A stretch of DNA of 64,000 nucleotides. Origin: an uncultured Alphaproteobacteria bacterium (GTDB lineage Bacteria > Pseudomonadota > Alphaproteobacteria > HIMB59 > GCA-002718135). The stretch is taken from positions 4,633 through 68,632 of the forward strand of contig CACIIL010000002.1 of the NCBI GenBank assembly GCA_902586695.1. The letters are read 5' to 3'. Both the position numbers and the translations under genes were made by a program. Shown here one piece after another: positions 54,099 through 64,000 of the stretch (positions within the stretch are counted from its first letter, which is position 1; every line of letters begins with the position of its first letter). The notes beneath the pieces were generated by a model. That model was not told the DNA's origin and made no database searches. It worked only from the letters and a program-made list of their open reading frames with translations.

Positions 54099-55870
54099 TA
54101 TACTAAAATTTTACCCTTCTCAGCAGATACCTCATCTTGTTTTTGATCTTTGCTTAAAACCATTTCATTGTGTGCTGAACCACTTTGGATCATTGGAAAA
54201 CAGTTTTCTTCTTTACTCACCCAAATATCTGCAATTACTGTTTTATCAGTATTAATCATTTCATTAATTACTTTATCTAAATCCTCAGGTTTCTTAGCTC
54301 TAAGACCCACAGCTTTATAACTTTCTGCTAACTTAACAAAATCTGGAAGGCTATCGGTATAACTTTCTGAATAACGCCCTCCATGAAGTAGTTCCTGCCA
54401 TTGTCTTACCATTCCCATATATTCATTGTTAAGAATAAATATTTTTACAGGTAACCTATATTGAACCGCTGTGCTCATTTCCTGTATATTCATTAATATT
54501 GATGCATCACCAGCAATATCAATAACTAAAGCATCAGGATTAGCAACTTGGGCACCAATAGCAGCAGGAAAACCATAACCCATAGTCCCCAGCCCACCTG
54601 ATGTAAGCCATCTATTTGGTTTCTCAAATTTATAAAATTGCGCAGCCCACATCTGATGTTGGCCTACCTCAGTTGTTATGAAAGTTTTTTTATTTTTAGT
54701 TAATTCATATAATCTTTGAACAGCATACTGAGGTTTGATTTCTTTTTGGTTGTTAGTAAAATGTAAACAATCTATTTTTTTCCAATTATTAATTTTATCC
54801 CACCATAATTTAATATCTGATTGTTTTGTTTTTAATTTTTTATCCCTCCAGGTCTTTATTATTTTAGTTAAAACACTTTTTACATCTCCAACTACTGGAA
54901 CATCAACTTTAATTGTTTTATTTATGTTGCTCTCATCAATGTCTATATGAATCTTCTTAGAATTTGGTGAAAAAGCATCTAACCTTCCTGTTACTCTATC
55001 ATCAAAACGTGCTCCTATATTAATCATAACATCACACTCATTCATTGCCATATTTGCTTCATACATACCGTGCATTCCAAGCATACCAAGTGAATTTGTA
55101 TGTGAAGAACCTAGAACACCTAAGCCCATAAGAGTCATAGTTGCAGGCGCCCCTGTCATTTCAACAAATTGAGATACAAGTTCAGAAGCTTTAGGTCCAG
55201 AATTAATACATCCGCCTCCAATATAAAATATTGGTTTCTTAGCTTTTGAAATTAAATCAACAACTTGATTAATTTTTTCATCATTTTTAAATATTTTAGG
55301 CTCAAATAGTCTATGAGAAGGAATAATTATTTGTTCTTTTTTTGTGTAATGTCCATTTGCAAATTGAACATCCTTTGGAATATCTATAAGTACAGGGCCG
55401 GGCCTTCCATTTTCAGCAATTGTAAAAGCTTCATGAATAACTGGTGATAATTTATTTGGATCCTTAACTAGATAGTTGTGTTTAGTACATGGTCTTGTAA
55501 TACCGGTTGTGTCACATTCTTGAAATGCATCACTACCAATTAAATGTTGAGGAACCTGACCTGTTATACAAACTATTGGAATACTATCCATCATTGCATC
55601 TGTTAATCCTGTAACAACATTTGTTGCACCAGGTCCTGATGTTACTAATACAACACCAATCTTACCTGTGGAACGTGCATAACCTTCAGCAGCATGGATT
55701 GCTCCTCCTTCTTGACGAACTAAAACATGTTTTATTGAATTTTGTTTAAATAAAGTATCATAAATTGGTAAGACTGCACCACCAGGGTAACCAAATATAA
55801 CTTCAACCCCTTGATCTACAAGTGATTGCAAAACAATTTCTGCTCCTGTCTTATCCTGTTTCATTGCCAT
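54098..55870 (-). CDS. ilvI: Acetolactate synthase large subunit
   Basis: FGYPGGAVL, TSGPGATN, DAFQE, GRPGPV, VGQHQMW, SGGLGTMG, GMVRQWQ. Confidence 0.96.
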
Positions 55871-55882
55871 GGTCTCATAGGC

Positions 55883-55891
55883 TGTGGATAA
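55883..55891 (-). promoter_or_regulatory. Perfect DnaA box (TTATCCACA on the minus strand) upstream of ilvI
   Basis: The + strand reads TGTGGATAA in the miaA-ilvI gap; single copy, function unproven. Confidence 0.35.
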
Positions 55892-55917
55892 AATAAAATC
55901 AATAATTTACTTCAAAA

Positions 55918-56835
55918 TCAGTCAATTTTAATAGATTTTGGATCGATTTCGAGGGGAAATTTATCAAATTTTTGAAAAATTTGTAAATTTGAGGAATTCC
56001 ACCACGTATGTTGGCGTTTAACATAATTTCTTGTAACTTGCTGCCCTTTACTAATACACTCATCTAAACTAATTTCATTCTTTAAATATTTTGTAATTTC
56101 AGGAACGCCATGAGCTCTCATTATTGGCAATGATTCACTAAGATTAAGTTCAAGCATTTTTTTAACTTCATCTATTGCACCAACATTAATCATTTTCAAA
56201 AACCTAGAATTAACAATTTCATAATTTTTTTTTCTATCAGGTAAAAACAAAAAAATTTTTAAATTGTAATTATTTATAAATTTTTTATTTTTATGTAATT
56301 TCCATTCACTATATTTTTTTCCTGTTGATTCATAAATTTCCCAAATTCTTCTCAATCGCAGAGTATCATTAGAATTTATTTCTTTAAATGATTCTGGATC
56401 AAAATTTTTTATCTGGTTAATAAGAAAATCTTTACCAAATTTATTAAGAATTTTTTCCGACTCAATTTTTATAGATTCAGAAATAGAAGGTATATCAATT
56501 AATCCGTTAACTAATGTATCAATATATAAACCTGTACCTCCAACTAATATTGGAGTTAAATTATTTTTAAATAAATGATTGATAAGATTAGAGGAATCAT
56601 TGCACCACTTTTCAACATTATATCTTTCTGAACCATCTACATATCCATATAAATAATGATCTATATTTTTCATTTCTAATTTTGATGGTCTTGCTGTTAG
56701 TATTTTTAAATTTTTATATACTTGCATGCTATCAGAATTAATTACTGCACCTCCTATTTTTTTTGCTAGTTTAATTGAAAAATCTGATTTGCCTGTAGCT
56801 GTTGGGCCAGCTATTACATAAATATTTTTTATCAA
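55918..56835 (-). CDS. miaA: tRNA dimethylallyltransferase
   Basis: GPTATGKS, DSMQVY, VGGTGLY, TRNY.KRQ.TW. Confidence 0.96.
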   Translation of the reverse strand: MIKNIYVIAGPTATGKSDFSIKLAKKIGGAVINSDSMQVYKNLKILTARPSKLEMKNIDHYLYGYVDGSERYNVEKWCNDSSNLINHLFKNNLTPILVGGTGLYIDTLVNGLIDIPSISESIKIESEKILNKFGKDFLINQIKNFDPESFKEINSNDTLRLRRIWEIYESTGKKYSEWKLHKNKKFINNYNLKIFLFLPDRKKNYEIVNSRFLKMINVGAIDEVKKMLELNLSESLPIMRAHGVPEITKYLKNEISLDECISKGQQVTRNYVKRQHTWWNSSNLQIFQKFDKFPLEIDPKSIKID

Positions 56836-58223
56836 TTATTAATAAATTTTATTGTTACCCAGCTTGTTTCATTATCTCTTTGGATCTTTAATAAAAGAGA
56901 GGACCTTCCAGTTTTTTGGTATTTATTAACAAGCGAAATAAAAGTTTTTGTTGAGTCAACTATTTCTCTATTAACTTCTAAAATAATATCTTCTTCTAAT
57001 AAATTAATATCTACATTATTAATCTTGCTTACTTTTACACCATTAGAATCTTTATTTTCAGTTATTGTAATTCCAAGAGATTTAATTATTTCTTCTTTTA
57101 TTTTATTTTCTTTTTTTGGTGATTTGGTTTGTGTATATGTTTGCTCTGGTAGTTCACCAAGCTCTACCTCAATAATAATTTTTTTATTTTTTCGCCATAC
57201 TTCCACAATAGCAATAGACCCAACATCTGACTCTGCTACAACTCTAGGCAAATCAGTCATTTTAATAATTTCAATATTATTAAATTTTAATATTACATCC
57301 CCAGCTTCTATTCCTGCTGTTTTTGATGGCCCTTTGGGATTTACATTTGAAACAAATGCACCTTTTTCATTTTCAAGGCCAAGGCTTTCTGCAAAATCTT
57401 TTGAAACTGGTTGTATTTGAACTCCAAGCCACCCTCTTTTAGTTCTTCCAAAATCTTTGAGTTGTTGGACAATTTTTTTAGCACTATTTGAAGGAATGGC
57501 AAAACCTAGACCAATACTTCCTCCTGTTTGGGATATTATTGCACTATTAATTCCTATTACTTGACCTTCAGTATTAAAAAGAGGACCACCTGAATTACCT
57601 CTGTTAATTGAAGCATCTGTTTGTAAAAATTTTACATAAGGACCATTACCAATATCTCTTGAAATAGCAGATATAATACCAGCAGTAACAGTACCTCCTA
57701 GTCCAAGTGGGTTTCCTATTGCTATAGACCAATCACCTACCCTCATTGAATCTGAATCACCCCATTTGACTGCTGTAAGTTCATTTGAACCAGGTTCAAT
57801 TTTTAAAACTGCTAAATCTGCTTTTGGATCTCTTCCAAGTAATTCTGCTTTAAATTCTTGAAGATCTGACATTATAACAGTAATTTCATCTGCACCTTCG
57901 ATAACATGGTTGTTAGTTACAATTATTCCTTCTTTTTCAATTATAAAACCTGAACCAAGTCCCATCATAGGCCTTTGGGATGGTGAGTTTCTTCTTTCGT
58001 TATTAAAATAATCTTTAAAAAATTCATCAAATGGTGATCCTTCAGGGAAACGCGGCATTTGATTTTGAGGATTTGTATTTTCAATAATTGTTGTTGAAGC
58101 AATACTAACAACTGCTGGTGATAAATTTTCAACTAAATCAGCAAAACTACTAGGATGAGATTTTGAAATAGTAGAGTACGTAAAAATAAAGAAAAAGACT
58201 AAACTAGAAAATATTCTAATCAT
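56832..58223 (-). CDS. degP: Do/DegQ-family periplasmic serine protease with PDZ domains
   Basis: GSGFI, TNNHV, D...DLA, QTDASIN.GNSGG, RGWLGV; start at 58223. Confidence 0.93.
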   Translation of the reverse strand: MIRIFSSLVFFFIFTYSTISKSHPSSFADLVENLSPAVVSIASTTIIENTNPQNQMPRFPEGSPFDEFFKDYFNNERRNSPSQRPMMGLGSGFIIEKEGIIVTNNHVIEGADEITVIMSDLQEFKAELLGRDPKADLAVLKIEPGSNELTAVKWGDSDSMRVGDWSIAIGNPLGLGGTVTAGIISAISRDIGNGPYVKFLQTDASINRGNSGGPLFNTEGQVIGINSAIISQTGGSIGLGFAIPSNSAKKIVQQLKDFGRTKRGWLGVQIQPVSKDFAESLGLENEKGAFVSNVNPKGPSKTAGIEAGDVILKFNNIEIIKMTDLPRVVAESDVGSIAIVEVWRKNKKIIIEVELGELPEQTYTQTKSPKKENKIKEEIIKSLGITITENKDSNGVKVSKINNVDINLLEEDIILEVNREIVDSTKTFISLVNKYQKTGRSSLLLKIQRDNETSWVTIKFINN

Positions 58224-58426
58224 TAAAGTTGTCCATAAAATCGAAAGGTGAAATAAATAAGGCATACACCAAATATTATCATAACAAGAGATATAGTCTT
58301 AATTTTTTGAGGATCAACCTTACTTAACTGATCAAGTAATGAGTTTAATTTATCTGCTAAAAAAAAATAAAGTATACCTTCAAAAAAAAGAAGCAAACCA
58401 ATACCCAAAAGCAAAAGCTTTAGCAT
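58223..58426 (-). CDS. DUF2065 (YjeT-like) small membrane protein
   Basis: GL.L.FEG motif; located after hflC. Confidence 0.85.
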   Translation of the reverse strand: MLKLLLLGIGLLLFFEGILYFFLADKLNSLLDQLSKVDPQKIKTISLVMIIFGVCLIYFTFRFYGQL

Positions 58427-59301
58427 TAGTTTTCTATTTCAATTTCTCCAAAAAACTTCTCACAAACTTGACCTGGTGCAATAACCATTGACATTTCAGT
58501 ATCACCAAAAGTATCTCTACAAGCTTGCATAGTTCTTAAAAAATCAAAAAATTCTTCATCAAGACTATAAGCGTCAGCAAGGATTTTATTTTTTTCTGCA
58601 TCTCCTTCACCTCTTAAAATAGAAGATGTTCTCTCTGCTTCAGCTACAATAACAGTTTGTTGTCTATCAGCTGATGCAACTATTTCTTTAGATAACTCTT
58701 CTCCTTCAGCCCTAAGTAGATTTGCTTCTTTTTCTCTTTCTGATCTCATACGCTGATAAACGTTATTAGAAACTTGTTCAGTAAGATCTGTTCTTCCAAT
58801 TCTTATATCAATAATTTCAACACCAAAAGACTCTTCATTTGAAAGAATTTGGTTTTGTATTTCGTTCATAATATTTATTCTTTCATCACTTAAAAGAGAT
58901 GTTAAAGAATACTGAGCTATGACACCTCTAACGGATGCATTAATAATTCTACCAAATCTATCTGAAAATGTTGCTTCATTTCTAACAGTTTGAAAGAATT
59001 TTAAAGGATTAACAATTCTATATCTAGCAAATGAGTCAACAATAATTCTTTTTTGATCAGATAAAATCATTTCTTCTGGTTGAGGGTCAAGGTTTAGTAA
59101 TCTTGAATCTAAAAATACGGCATCCTGAATAAATGGTATCTTAATTTGCAATCCAGGTTTTGTTATTACCTTCCTTGGATCACCAAACTGCAATACTATT
59201 GCTTGCTTAGTTTCATTTACAATAAAAAAAGCTCCTGTAAATGTAAGAAAGCCTATGAATAATAAAAGAACTATAACAATATTTTTAGGTGTAAATCTCA
59301 T
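58426..59301 (-). CDS. hflC: FtsH modulator HflC
   Basis: IVLQFG, PGL..KIPF, RM..ERE..A...RAEG.E, RGEGDA. Confidence 0.95.
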   Translation of the reverse strand: MRFTPKNIVIVLLLFIGFLTFTGAFFIVNETKQAIVLQFGDPRKVITKPGLQIKIPFIQDAVFLDSRLLNLDPQPEEMILSDQKRIIVDSFARYRIVNPLKFFQTVRNEATFSDRFGRIINASVRGVIAQYSLTSLLSDERINIMNEIQNQILSNEESFGVEIIDIRIGRTDLTEQVSNNVYQRMRSEREKEANLLRAEGEELSKEIVASADRQQTVIVAEAERTSSILRGEGDAEKNKILADAYSLDEEFFDFLRTMQACRDTFGDTEMSMVIAPGQVCEKFFGEIEIEN

Positions 59302-60398
59302 TAGTTACTATTCCCTTTTTTTAATTCATTTAATGGCAAATAAGGCACTACTCCTTGTCCTCCGGCATCATCTAAAATAATTTTATTTTTTCCTTCTAAA
59401 ACTTCTCTTAGAGTTTCTAAATAGATTCTTCTTCTTGTGACTTCCTTAGCATCTTTATAACTATTATAGACATCAATAAAATTTTGAGCAACACCCTCAG
59501 CTTGCTTGACTACTTGCTCTTTATAAGCTCTTGCATTTTCAACTAACTTTGCAGCTTCACCTCGAGCATTTGGAACAATTCTATTTAAATATGAGTTAGC
59601 CTCATTAACTAATCTTTCTTTATCCTGACGAGCTCTTTGAACTTCATCGAAAGCATCTATAACTTGTGAAGGAGGTTCAACACTTTGTAACTGAACTGAT
59701 TGTATCAGTACTCCACTTTCATAACTATCAAGTACATCTTGTAAACCGTTTCGAACAACTTGTTCAACTTCTTGTCTTCCTTCTGTTAAAAGAAATTGCA
59801 AATCTCTTTGGCCAACCACTTCTCTTACAACGCTCTCAGCCATATCTTTGACAGTTAATTCTGGATTTCTAAGTTTAAATAAGAAATTTCCAGCATCTTT
59901 TATTCTGTATAAAACAGTAAAGGCGACATCAGCTATGTTTTGATCTCCTGTAAGCATTAAGCTTTCTTCAATTACTTTTCTCTCTGCATTGGTATTGGAA
60001 GAAAAACCTAAATCACTTGCGCTTCTAAAACCAATATTAATTTTTCTAATAACTTCTACTTTAGGAGTAATAGTTTGACCTATTGGGGAAGGAAAAAAAT
60101 AATGTAAACCAGGTTCTGTAGTTTTATTATTCCATTTACCAAATAATAATTCAACACCTTGCTCGTCTGGTTCTACCCTATAAAAACCTGTTGCAAGCCA
60201 TATGAGCAGTCCAAATAGAATTAAAAGAGTTATGTTTCTTGGTCCACCAATCTTAAATTTACCAAATCTATCACGAGCCTTTTTTATAGAGTCTTCAAAA
60301 TCCATATTATTATTGGATCCGCCACCTCCCCAAGGATTATTACTATTTCCACCAGAACCCCAAGGGTTGTTATCGTTATTATTTTTATTCCAATTCAT
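59301..60398 (-). CDS. hflK: FtsH modulator HflK
   Basis: N-terminal PWG repeats, PGLH, MLTGD.NI, PP..V..AF..V..A, TR.R.YLET, V.YLPL. Confidence 0.95.
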   Translation of the reverse strand: MNWNKNNNDNNPWGSGGNSNNPWGGGGSNNNMDFEDSIKKARDRFGKFKIGGPRNITLLILFGLLIWLATGFYRVEPDEQGVELLFGKWNNKTTEPGLHYFFPSPIGQTITPKVEVIRKINIGFRSASDLGFSSNTNAERKVIEESLMLTGDQNIADVAFTVLYRIKDAGNFLFKLRNPELTVKDMAESVVREVVGQRDLQFLLTEGRQEVEQVVRNGLQDVLDSYESGVLIQSVQLQSVEPPSQVIDAFDEVQRARQDKERLVNEANSYLNRIVPNARGEAAKLVENARAYKEQVVKQAEGVAQNFIDVYNSYKDAKEVTRRRIYLETLREVLEGKNKIILDDAGGQGVVPYLPLNELKKGNSN

Positions 60399-60486
60399 AT
60401 AATTTTTGATAATAATGAATGTAAGCTACTATCATTATTTAAACTAATTATTAACTTATATTTGGGTAAAAATTAAAAAATCAAGT

Positions 60487-61515
60487 ATGTCTGATAAAAT
60501 TTTGCAATCTATCTTTGAATTCACAAAAAAATATCAAGATCCAGAGAACAATGCACCTTTTGATGAAAAAAATCCAAATATTCAAATTATTGAGAAAAAT
60601 GGCAATATCAATATCAGTTTATCCGTTTCCCAACAATATTTTGAGGAATATAAAAAATTAGGAGATGTATTTAAAGAAAGTTTAAGCAAAATTGATGGAG
60701 TCATTTCAATTAATATTGCTCTAACTTCTGAAAAAAAACCTAATGAGTCAAATACTCAAAATTCTAGATTTAAAATAAATGCATCCAATATAATTGCGAT
60801 TGCTAGCGGAAAAGGAGGAGTAGGAAAATCAACTTTTGCTGTTAATTTAGCTGCAGCTATGACTACACTAGGAAAAAAAGTAGGAATTCTAGATGCAGAT
60901 ATTTATGGTCCGAGTGTTCCAAGAATGATGGGTATTTCTGGAAGACCAGAAGCTAATGATAATAAGAAATTAATACCTCTAGAAAATTATGGCATAAAAT
61001 GCATGTCTATTGGATTTCTTGTTGATGTTGATACGCCAACTATATGGAGAGGTCCGATGGTAATGAAAGCTTTAGAACAAATGTTTAATGGTGTTGAATG
61101 GGGTAAATTAGATTATCTTATAGTTGATTTACCACCTGGCACCGGTGATGCTCAAATAACTATGGCTCAAAACTCAAAACTTTCTGGATCAATCATTATA
61201 TCTACTCCTCAAGATGTAGCATTAATTGATGCAAGAAAAGGTATCAATATGTTTAAAAAAGTTAATGTTCCAATAATTGGTTTAGTAGAAAATATGAGTT
61301 ATTTCATCTGTGATAATTGTAAAGAAAAACATTTCATTTTTTCTACTGGAGGCGCAAAAAAAGAAGCAGAAAAATTTCAAATACCTTTTTTAGGCTCTCT
61401 TGAAATTAACAAAGAACTAAGAATTCAATCCGATGAAGGTAGACCAGCGTGTATCGATAATCCTCAAGGAGATATTGCTAAGCAATATCTAGAAATAGCT
61501 AAAAAAATATTTTAA
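60487..61515 (+). CDS. mrp: Mrp/ApbC Fe-S cluster carrier ATPase
   Basis: ASGKGGVGKST, DADIYGPS, WRGPM, DLPPGTGD, ENMS.F.C..C. Confidence 0.95.
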   Translation: MSDKILQSIFEFTKKYQDPENNAPFDEKNPNIQIIEKNGNINISLSVSQQYFEEYKKLGDVFKESLSKIDGVISINIALTSEKKPNESNTQNSRFKINASNIIAIASGKGGVGKSTFAVNLAAAMTTLGKKVGILDADIYGPSVPRMMGISGRPEANDNKKLIPLENYGIKCMSIGFLVDVDTPTIWRGPMVMKALEQMFNGVEWGKLDYLIVDLPPGTGDAQITMAQNSKLSGSIIISTPQDVALIDARKGINMFKKVNVPIIGLVENMSYFICDNCKEKHFIFSTGGAKKEAEKFQIPFLGSLEINKELRIQSDEGRPACIDNPQGDIAKQYLEIAKKIF

Positions 61516-61527
61516 ATTATTTTTAAT

Positions 61528-62358
61528 TTAAACATTCATTGGGGCATGAATTTTTGAATGAGGATTATAATTCAATAATTCAAAATCAGATGTTTTGTAT
61601 TCGTTAATTTTTTTTTGTTCAAATTTTAAAATTGGCAGTTTCTTTGGCTTTCGTGTTAATTGAATTTTTACTTGATCAAAATGCTCTTCATAAATATGAA
61701 AATCTCCCAATGAATGAATAAATTCACCAACTTCGTATTTACATTCTTTAGCAAGAATATGGATTAAAATACTATAACTTGCTATATTGAATGGAACTCC
61801 TAAAAACATATCACAACTTCGTTGATACAATTGACAACTAAGCTTATTATTAGATACATAAAACTGAGAAAAAGCATGGCAAGGAGGAAGTGACATTTCA
61901 TCTAACTCGGCAGGATTCCAAGCAGTAATGATATGTCTCCTACTATTGGGATTATTTTTCAAACCTTCAATCAGTTTTTTTAGTTGATCAACTCCATTAA
62001 AATCTCTCCATTGAACTCCATATATTTTACCTACATCTCCAGAAAATTTTGACTTTTTTTTCCAGTATGAAGCATTAGCATTTTGAGACCAAATAGTTTT
62101 TTTATCTTCTAAGTTTTCTTTTGAGTCTTCGTATAATATCTCTGCTAGTCTTCTTTCATCATTCGAACCTTCCAAAAACCATAATAATTCTGAAACAATT
62201 GCTTTCCATGCTAGTTTCTTAGTTGTTAATGCTGGAAATCCTTTTTGTAAATCAAACCGCATTTGATAACCAAATGCTTTTTTTACATTACCCGCACGAC
62301 TTTTAACAAAATCTCCATTTTCATAACAATATTTTAAAGCACTTAAATAATTTTTCAT
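61528..62358 (-). CDS. thyA: Thymidylate synthase ThyA
   Basis: ELLWFL.G, YG.QWR, NP.SRR, LPPCH catalytic motif, YQRSCDMFLGVPFNIASY. Confidence 0.96.
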   Translation of the reverse strand: MKNYLSALKYCYENGDFVKSRAGNVKKAFGYQMRFDLQKGFPALTTKKLAWKAIVSELLWFLEGSNDERRLAEILYEDSKENLEDKKTIWSQNANASYWKKKSKFSGDVGKIYGVQWRDFNGVDQLKKLIEGLKNNPNSRRHIITAWNPAELDEMSLPPCHAFSQFYVSNNKLSCQLYQRSCDMFLGVPFNIASYSILIHILAKECKYEVGEFIHSLGDFHIYEEHFDQVKIQLTRKPKKLPILKFEQKKINEYKTSDFELLNYNPHSKIHAPMNV

Positions 62359-62843
62359 TTTTTCCAGATTTCAAAGTGACATTTTTCATCACAATCAATT
62401 TTTTCCATTAAAGTCATCGAATTTTTTATCTTATTAATATCTATAAATTTATCGCAATCAAAATTACCGTAGATTCTTGTTAAATAAAACTCTTTAAATA
62501 AATCAAAAGATTGTCTTATAATGTCTGAGCCGCCTATGATAAATATATCTCTATCCAAATATTTTTTTTGTATCTTTAAAATTTCTTTTGAGATATCCCC
62601 ACTAAAATATGCATCTGCACCTTGATAAACAGAATTATCTTTATTTGTAAAAAGTATATTTATTCTATCCTTTAGCGGTGAAGGCATAAAAGGATCCTCC
62701 CAAGTTTTACTTCCCATTACGACAACTTGATTTAAAGTATTTTTTTTAAACCATTGTAAATCTCTAGAATTTTTTGGCCATGGCATGCTACCTTCTTTAC
62801 TAATGCCTCCTTTTTCATCAACTGCCATTATCGCTTTAATCAT
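62355..62843 (-). CDS. folA: Dihydrofolate reductase
   Basis: MPWP...DL.WFK..T, VVMG.KTW, PL..R.N, IIGG, LTRI...F.CD. Confidence 0.92.
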   Translation of the reverse strand: MIKAIMAVDEKGGISKEGSMPWPKNSRDLQWFKKNTLNQVVVMGSKTWEDPFMPSPLKDRINILFTNKDNSVYQGADAYFSGDISKEILKIQKKYLDRDIFIIGGSDIIRQSFDLFKEFYLTRIYGNFDCDKFIDINKIKNSMTLMEKIDCDEKCHFEIWKK

Positions 62844-63014
62844 TAAAAAAACTTATTTCACTAAAAATCATTGTAAACAACAAAATTTTGAAAAAAAATT
62901 AAGATTTTTAGTTTTAAATTTTCTGGATTAATGGCCTTAAAGTAAATTTTAAATATCTGCTTAGTAATTATTGATTAATACTTAATGCAATATATTGTCA
63001 AAATTTTAGTTAAT

Positions 63015-63935
63015 ATGAATGATATAATAATAGAAAAGTTAATTGAAAATATTGAAAAAACAAATGAGAATAAATCTTCTCATTGGAAACTACTTTTACC
63101 AGAAGAAAAAAAATTTAAAGATTATAAAAATTTAGAAGATCAACTTAGTAGATATTTTAATAAAAAAAATGACTTTTCGGATAAATTTGAACACTTAGGA
63201 GGTGGTTCATTTACTTTAAAAAGTAAAAAGGATGTATTTCATCAATTATTACAAAAAATATTATATGGTAATAGTATTTTTAAAACTAATACTTTTAAAA
63301 AATATAAAACAATATTCGATAATCAAAATAGGTTTATTGATAATGACACAATTAGACATATTTTTACATTTGAAAAATTAAAAAAAATAATAAATCCAAC
63401 AAGTATATGCATAATAGGTGATGGTAAATTAAACGGTGTTTTAGGAGCATATTTAACTTTTCCAAAAGCAAAAATTTACACAATTAATCTAAGTGAAGTA
63501 TTGATTAATGATTATTTAATTCTAAAAGATTTTAAAGACGAATTCAAAATTTCTATAGGATTAGTTGATAATGTTAAATTTAAAATCAATGATAAAAAAC
63601 TTTATTTAGTTCCATCAAGTTTTAAAAATTTTTTACTTAATAAAAAAATTAATCTTTTTATTAATATAGCAGCATTTCAAGAAATGAATATGAATGAAAT
63701 TAATCAGTACTTTGAGATTATAAAGAATAACAAATCAAAACTTTATTGCTGCAATAGAGAATATAAAAAATTAGCTGGTGGTGAAGAATTATTTTTTGAT
63801 AAATATAAATGGGGAAAATCTAAAAGAATTTTTTGGGAAGATTGCCCCTGGCATCAAAAGTATTTTGATCTTAATTTCCCCTTTATCCATAAATATGATG
63901 GAAAGGTTAAACATTGTTTAGTTGATTTTGAATAA
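63015..63935 (+). CDS. Putative sugar O-methyltransferase-like protein (alternative start 62985)
   Basis: S.HW near the N-terminus, degenerate SAM motif IIGDG, and INLFINIAAFQEM...I..YF as in putative sugar O-methyltransferases; AT-rich. Confidence 0.55.
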   Translation: MNDIIIEKLIENIEKTNENKSSHWKLLLPEEKKFKDYKNLEDQLSRYFNKKNDFSDKFEHLGGGSFTLKSKKDVFHQLLQKILYGNSIFKTNTFKKYKTIFDNQNRFIDNDTIRHIFTFEKLKKIINPTSICIIGDGKLNGVLGAYLTFPKAKIYTINLSEVLINDYLILKDFKDEFKISIGLVDNVKFKINDKKLYLVPSSFKNFLLNKKINLFINIAAFQEMNMNEINQYFEIIKNNKSKLYCCNREYKKLAGGEELFFDKYKWGKSKRIFWEDCPWHQKYFDLNFPFIHKYDGKVKHCLVDFE

Positions 63936-64000
63936 ATTTAATTTCATAATATCAAAAAATTATATCAATTTAATAAGATACTGCTAAAAAATAATAAGGG

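Noticed and set aside
60300-60398. Repeated NNPWG / Gly-Asn low-complexity segment
   Set aside because: This is the normal HflK N-terminal feature, not a DNA repeat element.

Overview
A very AT-rich, gene-dense stretch from a streamlined, probably marine alphaproteobacterium (SAR11/HIMB59-like architecture; taxon inferred, not proven). Most of it is core housekeeping: rne, dcd, aroQ-accB-accC-aat, pyrC, an alpha2-type glyQS, ispB, rpe, uppP, sbcB, gpsA, the long minus-strand run hflKC-degP-miaA-ilvIHC-leuA-mreBCD-mrdA-rodA-livGFHM, then mrp, thyA and folA. The standout accessory feature is an apparently complete non-oxidative D-apiose uptake and catabolism cluster at about 24.3-32.9 kb (apsI, aplK, aptAB, a sugar ABC transporter and DUF2291). 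It sits between the two halves of a deoC/ALDH16 ... RbsD-FucU/ribokinase locus. Other points of note: an unannotated 27-aa ultra-basic ORF behind a good sigma70 promoter (candidate small ribosomal or nucleic-acid-binding protein); a phage-like folA-thyA pair; an AT-rich GNAT plus polysaccharide deacetylase islet splitting the liv transporter; and a minimal RNase E tail ending in the GWW motif. Several genes carry single-base homopolymer indels, including the normally essential mrdA, which points to sequencing or assembly error rather than true pseudogenes. I saw no rRNA, tRNA, CRISPR array, integrase or transposase. All family calls come from motif recognition, not database searches.
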